In this document: in pieces, positions 50,071-61,200 of the stretch
How the letters are laid out: each line of letters starts with the position of its first letter
Numbering within the stretch: position 1 is the first letter of the stretch
Assembly (NCBI GenBank): GCA_048013815.1
Contig: CM106585.1
Span: forward strand, 9,548,001-9,612,000
Direction of reading: 5' to 3'
DNA length: 64,000 nt
From: Setoptus koraiensis
Taxonomy: Eukaryota > Animalia > Arthropoda
Translations under genes and position numbers: made by a program
Notes under the pieces: model-generated
Databases searched by the model: none
What the model was told of the DNA's origin: nothing
What the model saw: only the letters and a program-made list of their open reading frames with translations

Positions 50071-53000
50071 TGTAAAGTGTAAATATGTGTAAATATGCGC
50101 AAATGCCCCTCGGGCTGGCACGACGAGGTAACAGCAGCAGCAGTGATTTGCAAGTGTGCCGCCGACCGCAGCCGCCCGACCGCCAGCAACCGCAATACCG
50201 GGGTACAAGCGGATCGCGGCAATAAAATGCGCCGCAATAATGCGGCCCAATAATGCGCCGCAATAATGCAACCATGCCGATGCAACGCAACCGCCAAGGG
50301 GGTACCAAAGAGTACCTCGCGGCGACCAAATCACAGCAAGAGTTGACCGAGCGGGTATCGGCGCATCGCTGTTTCGTCAGTCGGTCAGTTGGCCGATACC
50401 GTCGGTGGCGTTAGAGCACGGCATCGGCCCACGAAACAGACGAGATAGCTTGTGGCCAGAAATCGATCATGAGCACGACGACGCCGACGATGCAAATGGG
50501 CAACACACACACACACACACACACACACGAATGATGCCATTACGTCGGCCACCTCGGTTGCGTAAGCGTCTGAGGCTCGACAGCTCGAGAGCTCGAGAGC
50601 TTGAGAGCGCACAGACGCCGTTAATGAGAATAAATAAATTTTGTGCCCTTGCGAGCCGCCGACTGCCGCCCGGCGACCGCCGCGAATTCGAAGCCAGCGA
50701 GTTTCAGGCGAGCGAATCCGGAGCGAGCGAACTCGAAGCCAGCGAATGCAAAGCGAGCGAATTCGAAGCGAGCGAATCGCAGGCGAGCGAATCCGAAGCG
50801 AGTGGCCGTCGGCCAATGTTTCGATGGTGGCAATATTCTGATGGTCGCAACATTCTGACGTTCGGGCAGGTGCGCTGGTGGCCAAAGAGTGACCGCACTG
50901 CCGGCCACCCATTTCGCCATTTGCTCGCCTGGCCGGTCGCCCGGTCGCCATTTTGCCATTTGCCCAACAGGCTGGCTGGCCTGGCGACGGGCCGAGCCGC
51001 ACAAGGCGCGGGCCAGCAAAAGAGCCTCGAGGGCCGGCACGATGATTGAGCGCCGTTGAGCGACATGAGGCGAGAGGAGGGCGCCCTGACAGGCATTGGA
51101 CACGGCCCACGGACGCCAGTCGGCAACTGTCGTGTCGCATCACGCTGTCGCGCTCAGCTGAGCCAGATAATCGAGTCTCTGTTGATTTATATTCCATTTC
51201 CGGTGGCCGGACAGCGTGCGTGTTGCTGGCCAGTTGTCACCTGTCTCGCTGTCTCGCTGTGTCTCGCTGTCTCGCTGTGTCTCGCTGTGTCTAACTGTGT
51301 GTCTCTCGCTGGACTCACTGGCTTCACTCGACGGCAAGCCAGTGAGACAGCGAGTCGATCGTATCGTTCAATCAAAACGCTCGTCCAACAACTGCCTGTG
51401 ATCGGCCAATCGCCAAATATTACATAATAATATATTTGCGCCATCATCTCTCGCCTGTTAACTTGTGTCCTATCCGCCGCTGTCGATTGATATTACTGCC
51501 GGCGTGATTACGTGATTGCCAGTTGATTGGCAATGGCCGCTCAAATGCGCACCACACCAATCCACACCAATCCACACCAATCAGCTGACCTCACCTGTCC
51601 GCCGGCGTCAGCTGATTGCCAGCGGCTGGCCGGCCGGCTGGTGGCGCTGCATACAGTATCAATGATAATGAATAAGTATCGCCAAATCGCTTGCCGAGCC
51701 GGCTCGTGCTGCCGACATATGTCATTGGCTACGCCGGGCCGATTGGCCCGTCTCTTGGTCGGCCGCGCTCGACACGCCGGTCACATCAGTTAGTTTGGGT
51801 GTGGGCGCATCGCAAATTATAAATTACAAAAAATTCAAATTCATTTCAAATTGTTGTCGGCCGGCAATGGCAACTGCATGCGTCTGACGCAAGCACGCAA
51901 CGCGGTGCCCAGAGGTGCCATCTCGCCGACAGCTACCCCGGTTGTCCGCGCGCTGTTTGACGGCGTTTGTTGCACACACTCTGTGCCACACAGTCGGGCC
52001 GATTCCCAGTTGCGGTCCGGTCCGGATTTGAATCGGTCCGGATTTGAACCGGTCCGGTCCGCAGCGTGTCGGACCGACCTTGTCCGGGCCAAAGAATCGA
52101 CAATCGACTCTCACTGTCGCTGCTCATTTGACACCGCTCGGGTATTGAGGGCAGTGTGACGGCGGTGCGGCCCGCCGGTTCTATTTCTTACAGCGGCCCG
52201 GCTCGGAAACCGCAACAAAACGCGCTGTGCCGTGTGTCACGCACAGATACGACGGTGCAAGAAATGTTTGAGTTATTTTGAGTGGCCACTGTGGCCGCTC
52301 GAAATAAATCCATCATATCGGCAATATCGTGTTGTCGTGTTGCGCAACGACTCGGCCCGCAACAACAACAGCAGCGCAACAGCAACAACAGCACCAACAA
52401 CAACAGCAGCGCAACAGCAACAACAGCACCAACAACAACGGCAGCGGCGCCCGAGTTAGGTGAGCCGTAAAATTTGCTACCACTCACGGACATTATGTAA
52501 TAGTGTTGTTGCAAGTTGCCAAATCGATGATGACACCGCTCAGCGCTGCGTGCTAGTGGCCGTGCCGCCAAACGGCCAACAAATGAATCACGCAACAATC
52601 ACTCGACGACGGATGGGTGCCCATATCTGGCAACATATCTCACAGTAAATCGCACAGTAAATCCCGCACTGAGTCCCACAATGTAACCCGCGATATAACC
52701 CGCAATGTATCCCGCAATGTATCGCGCGCAGTGTGTCCCGCATGATGTCTTACGTTATCATGCGAGTTACATAACTCGCTCGCATATCTCACATATCTGT
52801 GCGGCGCCACCGTTTTGCACGCAATGTTTGGCCTGTGCCAATATCGGCTGTCTGTGCGCAAATTGTGTCGCAAAATGATTGGCAAATATACGCTGCCAAA
52901 CGGCACAATATTCGCCATTATGACGTAACGGGGGCGCCGTGTGCAGTGAGCCAGACGAGCGCTGTTTGCCGCAGCCGGAGACAGTTTGGCGCAACGACCA

Positions 53001-53378
53001 ACCGGAGACAGTTCGCACTGGCACAGCCAACAGCGCATCGAGTTGGGGCCCGCACCACCAAAAAACCACACACGACACTGCTGTGCAAGCGCGTGCCGGC
53101 GCCCCAAAGCGAACCCGAAGCGAACCCGGGGCGAACCCGAAGCGAACCCAGAAGCAACCCAAAAGGGAGCGAGTTGCGGTGGCTGCGGGCGCCCATTTCA
53201 TGCACCAGCAAATCCAGCCAAGGGGGCCCTCGGCCGGGCCCGCTCCAGTGGCAGCGACAGCCGATCTGCCAATGGGCATTTGTGTTTATTGTTCGGTGTG
53301 TCATGCGTGCTGGGTGACGGGCCGGCAGCGACAGTCACTGACGGGCGAGTCTGATTGTAAAAAGCGGCGGCTCGAACT

Positions 53379-53433
53379 GCTCGAGCCGCTCAACGCAGTT
53401 TGAGCGGCTCGAGCCCGTCGAACGTTCGACGGG
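53379..53433. repeat. Adjacent perfect inverted repeats: 15-bp stem with 6-nt loop (53379-53414) and 20-bp palindrome (53414-53433)
   Basis: GCTCGAGCCGCTCAA-cgcagt-TTGAGCGGCTCGAGC and CCCGTCGAAC|GTTCGACGGG. Confidence 0.95.
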
Positions 53434-53446
53434 GCCCGCGAGCGCT

Positions 53447-53540
53447 GCCAGTTCGCAGCCAGTTCGCAGCCAGTTCGCAGCCAGTTCGCAGCCAGTTCGC
53501 AGCCAGTTCGCAGCCAGTTCGCAGCCAGTTCGCAGCCAGT
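53447..53540. repeat. Minisatellite, 11-bp GCCAGTTCGCA, 8 perfect copies
   Basis: Direct reading. Confidence 0.97.
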
Positions 53541-54149
53541 GGCGCCGTGCTCGGGCCGTGTGGGCGACACTGTCGAATTGTGCAAATTTCCATTTCTGGC
53601 GACGCGCTTCTCGCCGGCCGCGACAACAATTGTGCTCGATGAGTCAACTAATGATGATTTTAAACGTTATCGCTGCACTGCCAGCAGCAACGGAGACAAT
53701 TTCTCAAACGGGCGCTCCTGTCGGACATTTGTCGCGCAGTGTCGCCCGCCCGCTCGCCCGCCCGCTCGGTCGGTCGTTGAGCGGCCCAGAAAACGCATTA
53801 ACTGGCGACTAGGGGCGCTACCTGCCAACTGTGCGCGAATTCATTTATCTTGGCTGGCCATCTCCGTCGCGTTCGAACGAGTTGCAGCTCGACTGCTCGC
53901 AAACTGGCGACTCGCTGCTGGCTGCCACAAAGTGAGATTTTCACTATTGATAGGGGGCGCTCGCCGGGCCGGCCAGCCCGACCGACCGACGGGCAGCACA
54001 GAGTGAGAGGGGCGCACAGTGGCAGTGACAGGCGGCCGCGGCCTGAACTATACAACATGACAACGATGACATGTCATCAATAATTTTCCTCAAGCAACGC
54101 GCGCACAATGACGCAATACACGCAACAACGCCGGCCCGCATACGCTGAC

Positions 54150-54290
54150 GCTGTCGTTGTTGTCGTTGTTGTCGTTGTTGTCGTTGTTGTCGTTGTTGTT
54201 GTCGTTGTTGTTGTCGTTGTTGTTGTCGCTGTTGTTGTCGCTGTTGTTGTCGCTGTTGCTGTCGCTGTTGTTGTCGCTGTTGTTGCCGCT
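54150..54290. repeat. (GTT/GTC/GCT)n trinucleotide tract
   Basis: Direct reading. Confidence 0.9.
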
Positions 54291-54642
54291 GCCAGTTCGG
54301 CCCGCTGAGACCGTTACTGTGAGCGGTTGTCGCTGATCGCAATCAACAATGAACTGCTGCTTTGTTTTGATTTCGAGCACGCACGACACCTGGTTGCAGC
54401 GTCACTCGCAGTAGTTAAGCTCGTGCGTGTGTGTGTGTGTGATGTAATCGAAGTGACAACCGAAATAAACAGTGAGCGCGTTGCGTAATCTCTGTTTGTG
54501 CCCCGGTTGCAGGGGGCAGCACAGTGCTCACACAATGTAGCAACAAAAATCTATATTGTGCTGCTATCTTTGCGAAGCGCGCCTATAACGGACACTCGAG
54601 TAGGCAAAGTTGAAAGCTAGTTGAGACTAGCGTTCGTTTAGT

Positions 54643-54706
54643 TTTTGTAGTTTTGTAGTTTTGCAGTTTTGCAGTTTTGCAGTTTTGCAGTTTTGTAGTT
54701 TTGTAG
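54643..54706. repeat. Minisatellite, 8-bp TTTTGYAG x8, about 40 nt into the Lim1 intron
   Basis: Direct reading. Confidence 0.95.
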
Positions 54707-54749
54707 TTTAGTTTGTTTAGTTTAGACACACTGCCCGTGACCGACTTAC

Positions 54750-55041
54750 CTGAGAAATAGGGGAAAGCGCTGCTCATGTCGGGCGAATGAACCTGTTCCA
54801 AGTTGTCGGGCGAATCCAGACCGGCCAGACTGCCCACCAGGCCGCCCGTTTGGGGCCCGCCCAGGCCGGGCATGCCGCCCATGCTGGGCACCACGGGCAA
54901 CGCGTTGGGCCCGTGCCTACCGCCCAAAGCGCCCGTCGTTCTCATGTTGTTGCGGCGCGTCGTGCGAAAGAAATTTCTCCTAACATTAACATTGGAACTT
55001 TTCATTCGGCGCTCCTTCGACCGTCTGTTCTGGAACCAGAC
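54750..55041 (-). CDS. Lim1: Lim1/Lhx1-5 exon with homeodomain helix 3: VWFQNRRSKERRMK...RRNFFRTTRR..MR
   Basis: VWFQNRRSKERRMK followed by FFR..RRMR is diagnostic of the Lhx1/5 (Lim1/lin-11) class. AACAG acceptor at 55042 and G|GTAAGT donor at 54749. The LIM domains and helices 1-2 are not in the window. Confidence 0.93.
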
Positions 55042-55129
55042 CTGTTATGCGACACATGAAATATGCGGCGAGAAATGAAATTACAACAAGATTCATGTTA
55101 ATTAATTGGTTGATTTGCGTTGCGAGAAT

Positions 55130-55255
55130 CATGCGAAAGTTGTGCTGAAATTGTGCTGAAATAGTGCGAAAATTATGCTAAAATTGTGCTGAAATTGTGC
55201 GAAAATTGTGCTAAAATTGTGCTGGAATTGTGCGAAAATTACGCTAAAATTGTGC
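55130..55255. repeat. Degenerate 10-12-bp repeat AAAATT(G/A)TGC(T/G)
   Basis: Direct reading. Confidence 0.8.
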
Positions 55256-58200
55256 GAGTATGATGCACGAGTTATCACACGTAGTTGATTATAACTAATT
55301 GGTATTAATTGGCCGATCAGCGAGCCAAATGTCACGTATCGAGTGCCAACACACTCAATATATCACGTCGGCGCTGACTGATTGGTGTGCCAGCGAGATT
55401 AGTGGCCAGTAGTAACTAGTGGCTAATTTGCATAATGGTGGCCACAGTGTGATTCCAATGGCTCCATCCAATGGCGCGTTATGCGTCATTGTGGCTTGTG
55501 CTGCCACAATGACGCATAACGCGCAACGTGAGCCCATTATGCCATTATGACGCAACAAGACGCAACAGCTATGGTAACAGCTATGGTAACAGCGACGCCA
55601 GCGCCGACAGTGCCAGTTGGCATGAAAGAAAAAAACAATAGGAATGTGTCACTGTGTCAATTGACAACGCAGCGACAAACAATGGCCCAAAACAATGGTC
55701 AGCTGTTTGTGGTTGTTATTGGCATCGTTGGAGCGTGAAATGTCATAAGGTACCCAGCTGACCAATGTGACAATTGTGACAATTTGTGAGCGCAGTGCCT
55801 TGGCAAATTGTCATGGCATGTTGTGTGCATCGCATGGCATGGCATCGCATCGCACATTGCAATTTGTGACACTTGTGTCATGTCCAGTGTGTGTCTGTCC
55901 AGTGTTGCGTCACACAGGTATATTCGTCAGGCGGTTGTTGTCAGTGCATTCATTCAATATTCAATGGTCGTGAGACGTTCGTGTGACCGGCCAGCACACG
56001 GCATGTTCGCATGGAATTTGTGGCGGCCGATTGTGTCGTCGGCTGGCCGCATGACTGGCTGTTACATAACTGGCTGTTGCTGTGTTACACAACACAGCGG
56101 CCGGCAAACATTTAGCCGGCGCTCGATTGACGCTGATTGCGCCCGCAGCTCGCCGTTTGTCGCTGTCGTTGTTGCGTCGCTGTCGCCGGCCAGTCAGCCG
56201 ACAACAGCGACGCAACAAACGGAGACGCTTTGCCGGCCAGACGCGCGGCCGTCAAGCTCGGCCAGATATGGCCAGAAATCGGCGGATATTTGATGGTCAC
56301 ATATGGTCGGCTCGTCGTCGGGCCAGTCTGGCCGACGACAAAGCGCACACTGAGCCGCACACACTGACCAGTGGGCCGACAAATTGAAGTTGCTCGGCTG
56401 AGATGCCCAGGCGAGCACAGGCTGCCGATTCGGCGCGCCGTCGCCGCATCGGCAGCCTACCTGTTGCTCGATATTTATCGCTTGCAGTGCCGCGAATGAG
56501 CGCCCGTTGTGGGCTGCGGTCGGCCGCGGTCGGCAACTGAGCGGTCGCTCGGAGCGTCGGCCGCGGCCGTCGGGCGGCGATAAATGGAGCATGCGATAGT
56601 ATGCAAATTAATATTAATATCGCGCCGGGCGAGTCGGCTTGCGCCAACGTTGCTCGCCGCGGACGCCTGATGTCGGCCGGCCGCCGTCGGACGGCCCAGG
56701 CCGCACTGTGGAGCCGGACCGTTGATGGCGCACCGTCGACAGTACGGTACTGGCGCACGAACATTGCATATTTGTGCATGTTATAGTCGCATTTATTTGG
56801 AGCAGTCCGACTGCAACCAACAGAACAACCAACAGAGCGCCAACAGATTCGTGCGCGCGATAAGCGACCCGACAGACACTTTATTTATTGTTGCATAATT
56901 AATCATTTAGCTCTGGGTGCTACCTGAGCGCCGCTGCTCGCCGAGAGCGTGCGATGGTGGCGCAACATGTTGCTGTTGTCGCTGTTGTTGTTGTTGTTGT
57001 TGTCGCTGTCAGACCATTAGTGTGTTTACGGGCAAAGTGTTTGTGGGCAACACGAAAACATGACGCATAAACATAAACAGCGCACACAAAGAGACGCCAC
57101 AAATTAAACAATTTTCGCCGCTCTTGCGCCGTTGCTTTATTGCCGCTGATTGCTCACCTGGCCGCCAGGCTCACCGGCTCGCTGGCTCACTGACCGCCAG
57201 GCTCACCGGCCACTGGCTGGCCAGTGAGAACAATCGCCCATTTGCTGCAACACTCCGCTATGTGCGCTCATTATGCGAAACAAAGCGACCGCGATGGGCG
57301 ATGAACGATGAAACGGTCAGCGGTGGGCTCACGACGCGCGCGCAAGCTCGTGCTGTGTGTTCCGCTGGCCCGTCGGCAACGATTGCGGCCCGCACGGGCC
57401 GCGCCACAGTGCTGCCCGCGAGCCGGCACTCGATCGGGCCGCACTCTGACCGGCGGCGCGTTCGAGCGGCGGGCGCACAATGTTCGGACCAGCGCCGAAT
57501 GCCGCCGAATACCGCCGAACGCCGCCGAATGCCGCCGAACGCCGCCGAATGCCGCCGGATATCGCCAGATATTGCGTGCCAGTGGCACGTATGCGGCAGC
57601 GGACAATGTTGCGGACATTGTTCGCCGCGTGTGGCCCGGCCGCTACCTGTGGCACCGTGCGTCGCGGTCGCCCGTCTGGCGCTGCGATTGCTGTCTGGCG
57701 CTGCGGCGTCGGCTGTGCGCTGCGCAAGCGGTACAGGTGAGCCGCACGAGCCGGTGCGGCGGCAGTGTGCGGGCGCCCGAGCGAAGGTGCGCGGCTACAT
57801 TGACAGTGTTTAGACACTCGCAACAACTTGTTGTGCAAAATGTAAAACATTGCATTTAAACGAAAACCGGCGCACAAACTCAGCAGGCCGACACCGCGAC
57901 GCGAATATCGGCACCAGCAAGCGATGCGGGCGAGATACTTCGGACGCTCGGACGCTCAGCGCTCGGACGCTCGGACATGTAATAGATGTCAGAATGTCGA
58001 CTGTAATGGCCGCCGCGAGAGGGCCCATTAATCAGGCGCATGATCGCGGTTTTGGCAAAACGGCAAAACGGCAGCACAAAGTGACAAGAGTTACACAACC
58101 GGCGCGCCGGCAAGACGAGCAAACATTGCGGGTGACCGGGCCGGGCCGGCGACCGCTCGCAGAGTGGCCACTTGTCGATGTGCCATCGACAGCATAAAGT

Positions 58201-61200
58201 GGCCGACAGGCAACGGCCGACAGGTAATGGCAAACAGCTGATCGCCGACAGGTAATCGGATCGGCGAGCGAGTGGGCATGCGCGCTGCGAGACAAATCAC
58301 GGCGACTCGCCAGACTGACAGGCGGCGACCGGCGAAAGAGTTAATTAGTTGCGGCTGCCGACGTGACACGACACTGATTGCTGTGATGCCGACCACTCCT
58401 GGCACCGTGAATTCTCGTGAATGTCGCCGCTCTGTAGAGGGCGCTGTTGCGCGGGGCAGCGGGCATCCCAATCGCGGGTTGCGACCGGCAACCGGCGATG
58501 AGCGGGCATGAGCGGTTGTCGGCATCAACTGGCACACAATGACCGGCACCACTGGACAGTGACACTTTTGGCGACACTGTCCGCCAGTGACACTGTCAGC
58601 CAACTGTCAATGACAGACACATGCTGCTCGTCGGGCGCGTCGGACTTGTTCGGCCCGTCCGGCTGTCGCGGCTTGTGTCGGCCGTCGCCTGTGTGGCTCG
58701 GGCCGGTCGGTTGTGTTTGCACCGCCGGCTCGACACTTGACACGTTAATCAATGTCAGCGAGATTGATTGAAGCGAGCGATCGCAGCCACAAGTCGGCCG
58801 GCCCAGCGAGCTGCTCGCTGTGCCGGCCCAAATTGCGCCCAGTTTGCGGCCGGTCGAGACCGAACTCGCAGTTCGGCTGCGGATGCGGCGTCGACGCGGC
58901 CGAGCCAACCGAAGCGTCTCGTCTCCAGTCTCGTTTGCAGGCATCCGCGACCCGTCACACGGGCGCTGCCGTCGGGACGCCGTCGAGACGAGTCTCGCCG
59001 ACGCTCGCCGACGCTCGAGACGCTCGAGACGGATCGCGGAGTCGCACAGCAGCGGGCGACACCGAGCGCTGCACTTGTTGTCTGCGGCCACTGTCGCGGG
59101 CTGTCAAGCGCCGAGCCGCGCCGTGGATCCGCATGCCGGAGACTTTGCGCTGTCGCCCGGCGCATCTCCGCCGGCGAACAGTGTGTGCGCCAGCGAAGCG
59201 CGTCAGCGCCGACGGGACGTTCGCCGGCGAGCCGAGCGCCGCCGAAGAGCCGAGAACGAAGAGCGGGCAGCGACGAGCGAAGAAAAATGAGATTGGTGTG
59301 GTGATTGACACGCGCTGCTCACCAGTGGCCGCTGCGGGCCGCGTCCATGGCCGCGGCCGGTCGCGCCGGCGAGCGGCCCGACAAGCGCACCGACGCCGGC
59401 AACAGCCGACAGCAACAGCCGCGCAACAACAACCACGCCAACAACAACGACAGGTTGTTTCATGCCTGTCAGAGCGGGTCGGGAATGGCGCATTAAATCA
59501 TGAAAGCAACGGGTGTTCGTCGCGATCGGCCGGCGTTGTCGGCGTCGTCGCTGTTGTTGCTGTCGCTGTTGCTGTCGTGGTTGCTGCTGTCGTTGTTGCT
59601 GTCGTTGTTGCTGTCGTTGTTGCTGTTGTTGTTGCTGTTGTTGCTGTTGCGCGCATCACTCCGGACGGTCGCCGTTGAGAGACGCATGTGATATGATATT
59701 AGACACAACTTATATCATACAAGTTGTATGCGGTATCGCTGTCGTCTCGCCTCGTCTTGCGCCGGCCCGTCGTGTCGGCCGGTTGCTCACAATTGTCGGT
59801 ATCAGCTGCCACTCGGCGGCCGGTATGAGCCGGCCCGACGAGTTGTCAGGCCGGCGAGTCGGCAGCGTTGCGACACCTCGCAGCCCGGGCCAGACTGACA
59901 GTGTTGCCGGCGCACTGACGTAACTCATGAGCCGCGTGAGCCAAACAAACAAACGAAAAACAAACAGAGCGAGCGAGCTAACCGGCCAGCGCACAAACAA
60001 AGCAGCAGCAACAACAACAACGCCAACAACAGCGACAGCAACAACAGCAACAACAACAGCGACAGCAACAACAACAGCAACAACAGCGACCAGTCGTGCC
60101 CTTGTCGCGCATTATCTGACCTCTCTATGGGACGCCTGGCATATCGCTGGCGAGCCGATTGTCAGCTGTCCGACGGAGCGTCAGCTGACTGGACCGCGCG
60201 GTATGGCCGCACCGTGCGCAAATCTGCCAGCGAGCCAGCAAGCGAGCCAGCGAGCGAGCCAGCCGGCGACTGTCAGTGAGCCGGCGACTGTCAGTGAATT
60301 GTCAAAAGCAGCTGATGCAGTTGGCCAGCGTGCTGGCGACAGTGGCGCTGTCGTGCTGCTATCACGACTCGAATATCGCCTAGAATAGCTGTCGCAGATC
60401 TAGATCGGGCAGCTGGTGTGTCACGGGATCCGGCCAGATCGTCATAACATGGAGCATGGCACAACTGACAGCTGATTGTGATTGGCCCGACACAACGCGT
60501 TACGATCAGCTGTCTGGCGCACATCGCACCGGGCGAGACTCGGTCGCGGATCGGTCGCGGATCGGTCGCGGATCCGCCGCCATCCGGCCAGATTCCGGCC
60601 AGATCGCGGCCAGATGGCGGCCAGATAGAGATGTCCGGGCTGTTACGTAACTGACGTAGCAGTGTGTGATGAATCGGTGCGATATGACGGCTAATCTCTC
60701 TGCATGCTGCAAGCGTTTATCCGTGGCTCGCCTCGTCTCGAGTTGCGGCTTGTGGAGGCTCGATTTGAATAAAGGAGATAACTCGAGACGAGCACACTAA
60801 TCACGGCCAATGGCGCGCCCACCGAATTCTATTCAAATTCATACTGCTGCTGGCTTGTTCAACAATTCAGCTTTTATTACTTTTTATTCAGCCATTCGGC
60901 CGCATTATATGCCCCATTGTATCACACAATTTGTATGATGCGCGTAATGGCCACTTGGCGATGCCAATTAGCCTGTTGATAAGACGGGGCAAGGTTGCCA
61001 AGGATTGGTTGAATGAAAGCTTTTGAGCCATTGAGCGAGCAGATAAACGGCCGGCCATATTCAATTGCGACGGCCCATTCATCAGAGCGCTGATTAGGCG
61101 ATGAGAGCGCGCCAAGTGGCCGGCCCCCGCTCACGTTATGCGAGTCATATATTTAATAGTTGCATTTAGTTGCGTATAAATTTAGTTGATGCATTTATAT

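Noticed and set aside
20771-53540. Regular short repeats as a possible CRISPR-like array
   Set aside because: The units are directly tandem with no unique spacers, the context is eukaryotic, and no cas genes are present.
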